Positions 51,053 to 60,295 of a DNA stretch of 60,295 bases are shown piece after piece (the stretch's first letter is position 1; every line of letters starts with the position of its first letter). This DNA is from an uncultured virus (IMG/VR IMGVR_UViG_3300020048_000043) (lineage: Duplodnaviria; Heunggongvirae; Uroviricota; Caudoviricetes). The stretch covers positions 62,001 to 122,295 of the IMG/VR virus record IMGVR_UViG_3300020048_000043. One strand, 5' to 3'. Made by a program: the position numbers and the translations under genes. The notes under the pieces were generated by a model that ran no database searches, was not told where the DNA came from, and worked only from the letters and a program-made list of their open reading frames with translations.

Positions 51053-51538
51053 TTAACCTTTATCTGCAGGTTTCGCTGTAAGAATATAAACTCCTTCCTT
51101 GTTAAGTTCCATTTTATAACCAAGTCGCTCAGAATACTTTACAATCATATCATGTGTCATGTTTGGATAGATACCTGAAACCCCATTAATGCAAAGAACA
51201 CGGTTTTTTGCCACATCCGGATCTTCCGGTTCTTTACGCTCGTTATTAATATCCGCAGTAAGCATCTCTGCATTCTTAACATTTACAGTGCCAGGAACAG
51301 CATTCCATGCAGGCTGTCCAGATGTTACTGTTGTTGTAGGTGCTGTTACAGGTGCAGCAGCAACATTAACATTCGTTGAAGATACTGTATTTGCCGTTCC
51401 ATCAAATTCAGCAAGAGGTACTGTATTTGTTTTTCCGCAGGACTTACATACAAGCCTCTTCATTGTCCTATTAGCATTAAAACCCTTCTGAGTATACGTT
51501 GTTCCACCACAATGTGCACATTTGAATATAAAAGTCAT
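51053..51538 (-). CDS. Zn ribbon + T/A/P linker + small C-terminal domain ending in KG
   Basis: CAHCG..CKSCGK; C-terminus YILTAKPADKG. Confidence 0.75.
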   Translation of the reverse strand: MTFIFKCAHCGGTTYTQKGFNANRTMKRLVCKSCGKTNTVPLAEFDGTANTVSSTNVNVAAAPVTAPTTTVTSGQPAWNAVPGTVNVKNAEMLTADINNERKEPEDPDVAKNRVLCINGVSGIYPNMTHDMIVKYSERLGYKMELNKEGVYILTAKPADKG

Positions 51539-51601
51539 TTTTGTTTCCTCCTTAGAATTATAAAATATGATAATATGTTTTACAACAAGAACACACGCTA
51601 T

Positions 51602-51907
51602 TTATTTAAAATAACGTGAAACATCATCTACATCTCTTCGTTTACCTGTAGGATTATATTTTGGATGTTTCCATCCGTACAATCGACTATCACGATATTG
51701 CTGTTCTTGTAATTCTCTACTCCATATTTGTTCTTGTGTTAATTGCTTTTTTCTATTTTTATTACGATATGGTTCTAGTGCAGAATCTATTTTAATAAGC
51801 ATATTAATACAACCAAACAAACCTTCTAAAATACAAATAAAAATTATTTTTATTGCTTTCACAACTTCTTTACACAACATAAAAACAACAGATCGAAATT
51901 TTTTCAC
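51602..51907 (-). CDS. hypothetical protein
   Basis: AAGGAGG RBS; GTG start. Confidence 0.65.
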   Translation of the reverse strand: MKKFRSVVFMLCKEVVKAIKIIFICILEGLFGCINMLIKIDSALEPYRNKNRKKQLTQEQIWSRELQEQQYRDSRLYGWKHPKYNPTGKRRDVDDVSRYFK

Positions 51908-51922
51908 AATCCAATCCTCCTT

Positions 51923-51973
51923 TTAAATAATATAACACATCCCTTCTAATACTACAACAATATTTGTTCTCAT
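51923..51973 (-). CDS. 16-aa hydrophobic peptide MRTNIVVVLEGMCYII
   Basis: AAAGGAGG RBS 4 nt before the ATG; stop abuts the next RBS. Confidence 0.5.
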   Translation of the reverse strand: MRTNIVVVLEGMCYII

Positions 51974-52024
51974 ATATCCTCCTTTCGTATGAATGGCCAA
52001 TAAACAAAAAATTCGCCAATAAAT

Positions 52025-52166
52025 AAACAGAACGCGGTACACGCTAATATACTACATTCAATTGAGTTTTTACACTCAAAAGAATGCAGTATACTAGCGT
52101 ATACCGAACATTCTGTTTTCAAGCTATTGTTTTCTACTCAAAAAGCAAGTAGGTAAAACAGATAGC
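52025..52166 (-). ncRNA. structured RNA or leader with two long hairpins
   Basis: 25-bp continuous helix whose three non-Watson-Crick pairs are all G-U on the minus strand, plus a second stem. Confidence 0.55.
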
Positions 52167-52203
52167 ATTATAATAATATATATACAAATTTCTTCGATAT
52201 ATA

Positions 52204-52851
52204 TTATTTTTTTAATTTTTCTTCTCTAATTTCAATATTTTCATCAATAGAAACAAGCATATCTACTACTAATCCACATCTATGTGGATTAATAAGACAT
52301 TTATCTACATTCTCTTTTAATACACATAATGCTCGTTGAAATAGTTCTGGTCTTGTATATAATCCTAATTCTGACCACAATCTACACACACAATATCCCA
52401 TACCAACTAAAAGTTTCTTTTTCTTTGTATCATTAAGTTTTGTCTTACGTGTTCTTTTTTCACAATATCTATTTGTATAATGTAATCTACCATTATATTC
52501 AATAACAAGTTTAAAATTATCAAAAACAAAATCTAATTCATACGGTTCTATAATATCTGTTACATTATGTCTAATTTCATAATTTGAATAATTTTGAGTT
52601 AAAAAATTATATATCACTTCTTCTGTAATAGAACTAAAACTGTCTTTAACAGGTTTATTTTCTTTTTTAGATAATATATAACATTTTTTATCACAAAATT
52701 TTCTTTCTTGGTCATATTGTTTAACATAATCTTTAAATATTAATGGTTTTCCACAATATGAACAAATTACTGGCTTTTTTTGATATTTATGAAGAAGTTC
52801 CTCAAAATATTCAATATCTGAAATAAATTTAGACACAAGGGAACACCCCAA
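52204..52851 (-). CDS. free-standing homing-endonuclease-like protein (Zn finger + Vsr/DUF559-like nuclease)
   Basis: CSYCG..FCDKKC; SITEE..YELDF..VIEYNGRLHY..D..K. Confidence 0.75.
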   Translation of the reverse strand: MGCSLVSKFISDIEYFEELLHKYQKKPVICSYCGKPLIFKDYVKQYDQERKFCDKKCYILSKKENKPVKDSFSSITEEVIYNFLTQNYSNYEIRHNVTDIIEPYELDFVFDNFKLVIEYNGRLHYTNRYCEKRTRKTKLNDTKKKKLLVGMGYCVCRLWSELGLYTRPELFQRALCVLKENVDKCLINPHRCGLVVDMLVSIDENIEIREEKLKK

Positions 52852-52860
52852 TCTAAAGAT

Positions 52861-53346
52861 TTAAATATCAAACCCTTTTTGTTTTAATATAGAAACTATT
52901 TTATTAACAATAGGTATTCCTAATAGATTAGCTATTAGACCAGATACAAACACATATGTTACTCCTAAATGATATGGAAAACTAGCACCTACATATAGAA
53001 TTAAACCAACACCTAAAGCAATAATAAAAGCAAATGCTATCATACCAATATATTGTGAAAATTTATTTGTTAATGTTTTCGAAACAGTATATGCTGTAAA
53101 ACCAGCAATTAAACTTACAAATGGCATTCCACCCCAATCTATAATACCGAAAGGACTATTAAGATTAGCTAAAAATGTACCTAACGCAATAGCAATATTC
53201 ATATTTTTTCCCATTAATACAAACGGTTGAAGAATATCTGCCATTCTAAATTGAATTGGACCATATGCTAAAGGTGCTAATATTAACGTCATAATACAAT
53301 ATAAACTAGCAACTACACCGATGTGTGTTAAATCTCTAATTTTCAT
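52861..53346 (-). CDS. queT: queuosine-precursor transporter (ECF S component)
   Basis: ASLYCIMT..PLAYGPIQFRMAD..GTFLANL.SPFGIID. Confidence 0.85.
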   Translation of the reverse strand: MKIRDLTHIGVVASLYCIMTLILAPLAYGPIQFRMADILQPFVLMGKNMNIAIALGTFLANLNSPFGIIDWGGMPFVSLIAGFTAYTVSKTLTNKFSQYIGMIAFAFIIALGVGLILYVGASFPYHLGVTYVFVSGLIANLLGIPIVNKIVSILKQKGFDI

Positions 53347-53362
53347 AACATTTTACCTCCAA

Positions 53363-53911
53363 TTATAATAATTTATTATTTGGATGTTCTTTTTGAATAC
53401 GCCAAATACAATCGCCTATCATATTAGCAGAAATCATTAAAACATATAATTCAAAATCAGACCATTTTCTACCTAAAATACAATCATCAAATCCTATATA
53501 TCCCCATAAATTATACGAAGAAACATATATTGGAAATAAACATAATGATTTAATACCTTGTTCTTCTAATAATTCATAATGTTTTTCGGTAGAATACCAA
53601 ATATAAGGTTCTTCGTTGATAAAACAATCTAAAATATTTTGTCTTTCTGGATTATATGGTAAATTTTGTAATTTAGTATTATAAAATTCAGAAACAATAC
53701 CATGATTACACCATTCTAATACTTGCGACATACATAATTCTTCATTTACATATGTATTTTGAAATAAATAAATTCTATCTATACATAATAAAGAACCTAA
53801 TTCTGTCATAAAATCATAAACCAATGATTTAAATTTCAAACCATTTCTAAGAAATAATGATGACGCTTTAGCAATAATGCTTAATAACTGAATACATGGC
53901 AAAAAAAACAC
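53363..53911 (-). CDS. stand-alone GAF domain protein
   Basis: DRIYLFQN..SQVLEWC..LQNLPY..QGIKSLCLFPI..WGYIGFDDC...RKW. Confidence 0.8.
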   Translation of the reverse strand: MFFLPCIQLLSIIAKASSLFLRNGLKFKSLVYDFMTELGSLLCIDRIYLFQNTYVNEELCMSQVLEWCNHGIVSEFYNTKLQNLPYNPERQNILDCFINEEPYIWYSTEKHYELLEEQGIKSLCLFPIYVSSYNLWGYIGFDDCILGRKWSDFELYVLMISANMIGDCIWRIQKEHPNNKLL

Positions 53912-53923
53912 ATCCGAATTAAT

Positions 53924-54307
53924 TTATAATGATTTAACTATATTTGATACAGGTTTTCTTACATCTACATGTAAAAAATTACGTCCTGGATATATTAATA
54001 TAAAACCTAATTCAGGTATTTTCCCATCTTTATACATTTTTACTATAAAATTATAAAAAGTTTGAATATTTCCTGGTGTTGTTATATCAGCAGCAGTTCC
54101 TTCCATATGTTGACTCTTTGGAGATCCACCAATTCTTGTATTATGATTTTTACATCTTAAACCAGATGTTACAGAAATAGATTTCCCCCATTCATCTCTA
54201 ATTTTTTGTAACATATATATAAGACGCATATTTATATTACTTTTCCCACAACCACATTTACAAATAAATTCATCTAATTTAAAATTTTTAGATAATTGAG
54301 TCGACAT
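53924..54307 (-). CDS. peptidase M15A-family endolysin-like protein
   Basis: SKNFKLDEF.CKCGCG, TSGLRC..HN..IGG...SQHMEGTAADI, FLHVDVR. Confidence 0.88.
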   Translation of the reverse strand: MSTQLSKNFKLDEFICKCGCGKSNINMRLIYMLQKIRDEWGKSISVTSGLRCKNHNTRIGGSPKSQHMEGTAADITTPGNIQTFYNFIVKMYKDGKIPELGFILIYPGRNFLHVDVRKPVSNIVKSL

Positions 54308-55419
54308 TAATAAACATCCTTTCTATTTTTATTTCTATCTTTAAACGTAGAACTATCATCTATATAACCATCATCTAATCCTTTGTTTTTAAGTAATTTT
54401 TTACAACTATCTGCATATTTATCTGCCATCTCATTTAAAAATTCAATCATTAAATCACAATGATCATTTGTCAAATTAAATTTAACATCACCATTTACAA
54501 GATCACTTACTTTTTTCATATGTTTTTGTAATTCCATTGTAGCAACAATAGGATGAATACCAATCTGACGCATATAAATAAGATCACCTTTATCTATACT
54601 TCCACCTCTAGAACAAACATCTTCTAATGCCTGTGCAAATGCTGTAGTAACATGATATCTTGCTTCTTCTCTCTCATAATCTAGTTCATCCCAACCTTCC
54701 AGATTATGATTTTTAAGAATAGTATTATATGCTTTTTGATGTTGAAGCATAGTTTTTAAAGCACCTTCTACATACAATCTGCTATCTGCTAAATTAGCTT
54801 GTGCTTCTTCTATTTCTACACGTAGTTTAGGAATATCATATTTAAGTTCATCGAATTTTTCTTTTAATATAGCATTCTTTCTTTGTTCTTTTGTTGTCAC
54901 ACTACCCAATTTAATAGTATAATCTTCTTCATTGAGTGTAACAAGATAATCTTCAATATCTTTATATTCTTTTAGAAGTTTATTAAATTTTTCTTCTTTC
55001 TGTTTTAGCTCAATGACTTGTTTCTTCTGTTTGAATATATTTTCTCTTAGTGCAGAACGTCTTGATTCTATTTCACAAAGCAATTGATGAAGATTTCTAA
55101 TAGGTGTAAACGCACTCACTGTCATTAGATAATTCATATAACTAGATTGACTTCTACCTAATGCAGTGGTAGCACGATCTATTTCTTCATTATTCTTTGC
55201 AATCTCTACAAGCTGTTCCTGATTGAGAATCTTTAATTCACCCATCTTTTCATGTGTTCCCCTGGTAATGATGGAATTGATCGTGTCAGAGGATCCGTAG
55301 AGCAGGATTTGAGAGTCCTCCAGAAACTGCTCAAGTTGAGGTAAATTGGATGATAGATAATTGTTATTTGAATTGATTGTAGAGATTGTATTATTCTCAG
55401 ACATTTGTGTAACCTCCAT
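54307..55419 (-). CDS. coiled-coil protein
   Basis: long heptad region; located in the propeller cluster. Confidence 0.75.
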   Translation of the reverse strand: MEVTQMSENNTISTINSNNNYLSSNLPQLEQFLEDSQILLYGSSDTINSIITRGTHEKMGELKILNQEQLVEIAKNNEEIDRATTALGRSQSSYMNYLMTVSAFTPIRNLHQLLCEIESRRSALRENIFKQKKQVIELKQKEEKFNKLLKEYKDIEDYLVTLNEEDYTIKLGSVTTKEQRKNAILKEKFDELKYDIPKLRVEIEEAQANLADSRLYVEGALKTMLQHQKAYNTILKNHNLEGWDELDYEREEARYHVTTAFAQALEDVCSRGGSIDKGDLIYMRQIGIHPIVATMELQKHMKKVSDLVNGDVKFNLTNDHCDLMIEFLNEMADKYADSCKKLLKNKGLDDGYIDDSSTFKDRNKNRKDVY

Positions 55420-55437
55420 TATATTATTATAATTATT

Positions 55438-56430
55438 TTAGTTGCCGGAACATGCAGCTAAGTCTATTCTAGCAGTAGTTAAATTTCCGAATATTGTAGC
55501 AGTACCACTTGTTGTTATTGTTATATAATCTATTTGAGAAGCATAGTATGTAGTCCAGCCACCTCCAAATATACCTCTAGTTCCATTACTACAAGCAGAT
55601 AAATCACGTCTAGCACTAGATAAATTGCCAAAAGTTATAGCATTGCTTGTTGTAGCTATTATTACATAATCTACTAGAGACATACTAGCACCTTGACGAC
55701 CTCCACCAAATACTCCTCTTGTTTTATCTCCACAGGCAGTTACTCCGTACCTCTGGGCTGTTAGGTTGCCAAAAGTTATAGCATTACCTGTGGTGGCTAT
55801 TGTTATATAATCTATTAAAGAATGAATATCTGAACCGTAACCCCCACCAAATACTCCTTTTATTCCATCACTGCTAGAGGCTAAATAGCCCCTATAATCT
55901 GTTAAATTACCAAAGTTTAAAGCATCTCCTGTAGTAGCTATTGTTATATAATCTATTAGAGAAATATAAATTTCACTATGGCCACCACCAAATACACCTC
56001 TGGTTCCATTACTACATGCAGCACACCATAGGTTAGTTCTTTGTAAATTTCCAAAAAATATAGCATCCCCAGCAGTAGCTATTGTTATATAATCTAATAA
56101 AGAACCAGAAATATTACCTCCACCAAAGATCCCTTTTGTTTCATTGCTACATGCAGCTATAGCAGACCTGGCAACTGTTAGACCGCCAAAATTTATAGCA
56201 TTTCCAATAGTAGCTATTGTTATATAATTTATTATAGAAGAACTACCTCCCACAGCCAGACCACCACCAAATACACCTCTATCACCCCAAGGCATAGGAA
56301 GAGGCGGAACATATTCAGTTACATTTAAAGGATTAGGATCCCCGTCCTTGTAGGAGAAACGGAATTTTTCATCTGTGAACTGATTGATCTGGCCTTTACC
56401 ACTACCAGTTTGAAAAGGTTTCCAAGGCAT
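55438..56430 (-). CDS. Kelch-like beta-propeller repeat protein (6 repeats), probable virion/adhesion protein
   Basis: six ~46-aa repeats RGVFGGG..IDYITIATTGNA..FGNLT..R..AACS. Confidence 0.8.
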   Translation of the reverse strand: MPWKPFQTGSGKGQINQFTDEKFRFSYKDGDPNPLNVTEYVPPLPMPWGDRGVFGGGLAVGGSSSIINYITIATIGNAINFGGLTVARSAIAACSNETKGIFGGGNISGSLLDYITIATAGDAIFFGNLQRTNLWCAACSNGTRGVFGGGHSEIYISLIDYITIATTGDALNFGNLTDYRGYLASSSDGIKGVFGGGYGSDIHSLIDYITIATTGNAITFGNLTAQRYGVTACGDKTRGVFGGGRQGASMSLVDYVIIATTSNAITFGNLSSARRDLSACSNGTRGIFGGGWTTYYASQIDYITITTSGTATIFGNLTTARIDLAACSGN

Positions 56431-56454
56431 TGTAATAGCCCCCTTTTAGTCTGT

Positions 56455-57168
56455 TTACCCTTCGAAGGTAAAAGTACCGCTATGTTTTGTGCGTATGGTT
56501 TTGTCCACATAAATATTGTAGTCCAGTTCTCTGAGCGAGTGACACACATACCAGTCTTCAGCCAGGTATTGTCCGTCGCGTACACAGGCTTTGAAAACAT
56601 CGTAGTGCTGAATTTGATTCATTGATTCACCGCGAGATAGAGAATTGCCTCCATATACATCTCCATTTTTCTTTGCTTTCTCAACTAAAGCGTTTACAGC
56701 GTCGTTGGACAACAGCATAGCGGCTGTTCCTACTTTTTCCACTGTTACTAAATTAGGAAAATCTGGAACATTTGCAGAAATAACGCCGTTGATATTGTAA
56801 GCAGGGGATCCATCCGGATTGTAGCCTTTCATAGGAACCGGAGCAGCTATTACATCTTTGTCCGATGTAATCAGCTTGGCTAAATCCTGTGCGCTTATGT
56901 AAATGTCCGCGTCCATAAAAAACAGGTGCGTGAACTTATCCATATTTGTATAGTAGAAAGAAATGATTGTATTCCTGCCTCGTGTAATAAGAGATTCATT
57001 GCCAATATGCATGTACGTAATAGGAATCCCCATTTGATTAAATTCAATCAAGGCTTTCACATAATCCTGGTGAAGCATTCCTCCGTAGCAAGGTGTTCCT
57101 ATGAGAAGTTTTGGTAGATTGTTTTCGTTGTACTTACTCTGATGTGCTGTCATTTGTATTTCCTCCAT
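56455..57168 (-). CDS. GT-A fold glycosyltransferase
   Basis: IGTPCYGG, ESLITRGRN, THLFFMDADI (DxD), YLAEDW. Confidence 0.8.
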   Translation of the reverse strand: MEEIQMTAHQSKYNENNLPKLLIGTPCYGGMLHQDYVKALIEFNQMGIPITYMHIGNESLITRGRNTIISFYYTNMDKFTHLFFMDADIYISAQDLAKLITSDKDVIAAPVPMKGYNPDGSPAYNINGVISANVPDFPNLVTVEKVGTAAMLLSNDAVNALVEKAKKNGDVYGGNSLSRGESMNQIQHYDVFKACVRDGQYLAEDWYVCHSLRELDYNIYVDKTIRTKHSGTFTFEG

Positions 57169-57183
57169 TTATTATGATTATTT

Positions 57184-58092
57184 TTAATTTCCTGAACAGG
57201 ATGCTGAATAAAATAAAACGGATGTTAAATCACCAAAATATATTGCGTTACTGTTTGTTCCAATTGTTATATAATCTATTAAAGAAATAGTAGAATAACC
57301 ACCAGCAAATACACCTAATGTTCCATTACTACAAGAAGCTAAACCAAAACGAGCTAATGTCAAATATCCAAAAGCAACAGTATTCCCTGTAGTTGAAAAT
57401 GTAACATATTCTATAACAGATGTAGAAGTCCAACCGCCACCACCAAAAATACCTCTTGTTTCATTACTACATGCAACTAAACATGATCTATCTGATGATA
57501 AATTACCAAATATAGAAGCATTAGATAGTTCTGATAATGTTATATATTCTATAATAGCATAACCACCACCACTACATACGCCACATGTTTCATTACTACA
57601 CGCAGCAGCATAAGTACGCTCATAATTCAAATAACCAAAAATAGAAGCATTTCCTAATGTTGCTATTGTTATATAATCTAGTAATCTTGTGCTTCCAGCG
57701 ATAAATAAACCTTTTGTAGAATTACTAGATGCTGTTAAGCCAAGTCTTGGTGTTATTAAACTTCCAAAAAATATAGCATTTCCGGTTGTAGATATTGTAA
57801 TATATTCCATTATAGAATTATTACTACTTTCGCCACCACCAAATACACCTCTACTATTATTACTACATGCGGCTAAATGATTATTACCTAGAGACAAAGA
57901 CCCAAATATTGTAGCGTTACTTGTTGTAGATATTGTTATATATTCTATTTTTGAATCTCTTTCTGGTGTTTTACCACCACCAAATACACCTCTATCACCC
58001 CAGGGCATAGGGGGAGAAGGCGGAACATATTCTGTCACATTTGTTTCCCAGTAATTTTTAGGATTATTTATTACTTTATTTGTAAAAGGCAT
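57184..58092 (-). CDS. Kelch-like beta-propeller repeat protein, copy 2
   Basis: same six-repeat pattern; ends CSGN. Confidence 0.8.
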   Translation of the reverse strand: MPFTNKVINNPKNYWETNVTEYVPPSPPMPWGDRGVFGGGKTPERDSKIEYITISTTSNATIFGSLSLGNNHLAACSNNSRGVFGGGESSNNSIMEYITISTTGNAIFFGSLITPRLGLTASSNSTKGLFIAGSTRLLDYITIATLGNASIFGYLNYERTYAAACSNETCGVCSGGGYAIIEYITLSELSNASIFGNLSSDRSCLVACSNETRGIFGGGGWTSTSVIEYVTFSTTGNTVAFGYLTLARFGLASCSNGTLGVFAGGYSTISLIDYITIGTNSNAIYFGDLTSVLFYSASCSGN

Positions 58093-58164
58093 GATATTAT
58101 CGCCTCGCTTTCAAAAATAGCTCTTCCCTATTTTAACCTAAATCAGTAAAATAAGGAAGAGCAA
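58043..58164. repeat. 122-bp perfect direct repeat, copy A
   Basis: identical to 59720-59841 (period 1677 nt); covers a hairpin, the RBS and the first codons of the propeller gene. Confidence 0.9.
58120..58162 (-). terminator. hairpin upstream of the propeller gene (repeated at 59797-59839)
   Basis: GCTCTTCCTTATTTTA/TAAAATAGGGAAGAGC followed by TATTTTT. Confidence 0.6.
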
Positions 58165-58194
58165 AAATATTATCAGACAAACAGTTATTTCTAG

Positions 58195-58857
58195 CTACTC
58201 TGCTTGTCCACCCATTGCAGCGGCATAGTATGCAGCAAGTTCATTCGTCAGGGTATTTCCTCGTTCTTTTAAAATATTATAAACACTCATGTATCCATCC
58301 GGACGAATATCTATAGGATCTTTCAAAGTACCAGCTACAAAGTCGGCATGAGCTGTAGTCAAGACGGTATGCCAGGGTTCCGGAATGGCAGACATAACTT
58401 CCTCACTCTGTAAAACGGCATACATCATCAGTACGCCGCGTTCCAGTAAAGCAACACGTTTGGCAAGATCACTCATCTGATCATCTTGATCACCAACAAA
58501 AGCCGCTACTCTGGGACGAAGCTGCAACTTGGCAATGAATGCTTCTCCCACCTGCTGCAAAGTAAGCTCTTCCGTAGTCAGTTCTCTCATACTAGAAGGA
58601 TCTATCTGATTAGCAGGATCAACAGGAAGTTGAGTTACGTCAAGCAGTTGAAAACCCTGCGCCTCAAGTTCAGAGCAAGGATTGATGTTGAATTCCTTGG
58701 CCGTCTGGAACCAATTCAGCTCGGAAGAATCAATAACTCCCAGAAACCAGCCCCGTTTCATTGAAATACCTAAATGTCCTGTAGTAGGTTGAGCTGGAGT
58801 AATTCCACCGATATTTGTTATATGATTTGTTTTATATACGAAATACTGATTACTCAT
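58195..58857 (-). CDS. hypothetical protein, duplicated; possible tail-fibre partner or chaperone
   Basis: nearly identical protein to 59872-60295; higher GC than flanks. Confidence 0.75.
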   Translation of the reverse strand: MSNQYFVYKTNHITNIGGITPAQPTTGHLGISMKRGWFLGVIDSSELNWFQTAKEFNINPCSELEAQGFQLLDVTQLPVDPANQIDPSSMRELTTEELTLQQVGEAFIAKLQLRPRVAAFVGDQDDQMSDLAKRVALLERGVLMMYAVLQSEEVMSAIPEPWHTVLTTAHADFVAGTLKDPIDIRPDGYMSVYNILKERGNTLTNELAAYYAAAMGGQAE

Positions 58858-58875
58858 CTGTAATTATCCTCCTTT

Positions 58876-59769
58876 TTAATTTCCAGAACAAGCAGCACCA
58901 TATGCTGCAGATGTAGGTAAAGATCCAAAGGTAGAAGCATTTCCCAAAGTAGAAATAGTTACATATTCTATTAACGTATCTGCTTGGTCTCCACCAAAAA
59001 TTAAACATCTAAGTGTATTTGAACAAGAGGCAGACATATATCTATAAGTAAGATTTCCAAAGATATTACTATTCCCTAGTGTGGCTATAGTAATGTACTC
59101 CATTGTAGACCGGGTTGGATTTCCAGTAGAAAAAATACCTCTTACAGTATTCCCACTACCTGAGTGTCCATGTCTATTAGCGGTTAAAGAACCAAATAAA
59201 GTAGCATTACTAAATGAAGAGACAGTTATATATTGCATTAGCGATTGAACACAACCTCCCGCAAATATTGCTCTTTCATTATTACCTACAGCAGCTATAG
59301 TGTCTACAGCTAACATAAGATAACCAAAGAGTTGAGCATTTCCCAATGTAGAAAAAGTAATATATTCTATAGAAGAATTAGTGGAACTTCCTCCTCCTAA
59401 AATTCCAATATTGTGACTTCCGGTTGCAGCTAAATACATTTTTTTTAATGCTAAATATCCAAATAAGTTTGCGTTACCTAATGTAGATATTGTAATATAC
59501 TCTATACTAGTATCAGAAGTGCCGTTACCAACAGCAAAAATACCTCTAGAACTATCACTAGCTGCTGCTCCACCTTGTCTTGATTTTGTTAAATTTCCAA
59601 AAAAACTAGCATTACTTAAATTAGAAATATTAACATATTGTATTGTTACCCTAGCACCAAATACACCTCTATCACCGAAAGGATCTGGGGGTAGCGGCGG
59701 AACATATTCTGTTATGCCCGTTTCCCAGTAATTTTTAGGATTATTTATTACTTTATTTGTAAAAGGCAT
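58876..59769 (-). CDS. Kelch-like beta-propeller repeat protein, copy 3
   Basis: same repeat pattern; N-terminus identical to copy 2. Confidence 0.8.
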   Translation of the reverse strand: MPFTNKVINNPKNYWETGITEYVPPLPPDPFGDRGVFGARVTIQYVNISNLSNASFFGNLTKSRQGGAAASDSSRGIFAVGNGTSDTSIEYITISTLGNANLFGYLALKKMYLAATGSHNIGILGGGSSTNSSIEYITFSTLGNAQLFGYLMLAVDTIAAVGNNERAIFAGGCVQSLMQYITVSSFSNATLFGSLTANRHGHSGSGNTVRGIFSTGNPTRSTMEYITIATLGNSNIFGNLTYRYMSASCSNTLRCLIFGGDQADTLIEYVTISTLGNASTFGSLPTSAAYGAACSGN

Positions 59770-59841
59770 GATATTATCGCCTCGCTTTCAAAAATAGCTC
59801 TTCCCTATTTTAACCTAAATCAGTAAAATAAGGAAGAGCAA
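59720..59841. repeat. 122-bp perfect direct repeat, copy B
   Basis: identical to 58043-58164. Confidence 0.9.
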
Positions 59842-59871
59842 GAATATTATTAAACAAGCAGTTATCTTTAG

Positions 59872-60295
59872 CTATTCAGCTTGTCCACCCATTGCAGCTG
59901 CATAGTAGGCAGCAAGTTCATTTGTTAGAGTGTTTCCACGCTCTTTCAGGATATTGTAAACGCTCGTATATCCATCAGGACGAATATCAATGGGATCTTT
60001 CAGAGTACCAGCTACAAAATCCGTATGAGCAGTGGTCAATATAGTATGCCAGGGTTCCGGAATAGCCGACATGACGGATTCATTCTGTAGTACAGCATAC
60101 ATCATCAGTACTCCACGTTCTAGCAGGGCAACACGTTTAGCCAGATCGCTCATCTGATCATCCTGATCACCAACAAAAGCCGCTACTCTGGGTCGAAGTT
60201 GTAATTTGGCAATGAAAGCTTCTCCCACCTGCTGTAAAGCAAGCTCTTCCGTAGTCAGTTCTCTCATACTAGAAGGATCTATCTGATTAGCAGGA
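59872..60295 (-). CDS. paralogue of 58195-58857, partial (start lies beyond the window)
   Basis: frame open to the window end, reading PANQIDPSSMRELTTEEL. Confidence 0.8.
   Translation of the reverse strand, partial: PANQIDPSSMRELTTEELALQQVGEAFIAKLQLRPRVAAFVGDQDDQMSDLAKRVALLERGVLMMYAVLQNESVMSAIPEPWHTILTTAHTDFVAGTLKDPIDIRPDGYTSVYNILKERGNTLTNELAAYYAAAMGGQAE

Noticed and set aside
55438..60295. Diversity-generating retroelement template/variable repeats
   Set aside because: No reverse transcriptase in the window, and the differences are not adenine-specific

Overview
An AT-rich fragment (roughly 27-30% GC by eye) of a large dsDNA bacteriophage, with essentially every real gene on the minus strand. 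Strong AGGAGG ribosome-binding sites and sigma70/sigmaA-type promoters suggest a Bacillota-like host (inference). The window encodes two different multisubunit RNA polymerases, each as a beta'+beta pair. The second beta' gene looks like three ORFs but is one gene interrupted by two ribozymes: a 1022-nt group I intron with a homing endonuclease inside the catalytic NAD|FDGD motif, and a 546-nt ORF-less group II intron inside the trigger-loop TF|HTGG motif. Also present: a type IIA topoisomerase with an HNH intein in the B subunit, a stand-alone TnpB element, an AEP primase, a candidate sigma-like factor, two Whirly-like ssDNA-binding proteins, two DHH phosphoesterases, QueD and QueT, NadR and PnuC, three tRNAs, lysis enzymes and tandemly duplicated beta-propeller cassettes. 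Two unexplained structured non-coding regions stand out: a 265-nt RNA with 7-nt repeats after a coiled-coil gene (16619-16883) and a long G-U hairpin leader before a 16-aa peptide (52025-52166). Two 10-N scaffold gaps break real genes. Family calls come from motif recognition by eye; no database search was run.
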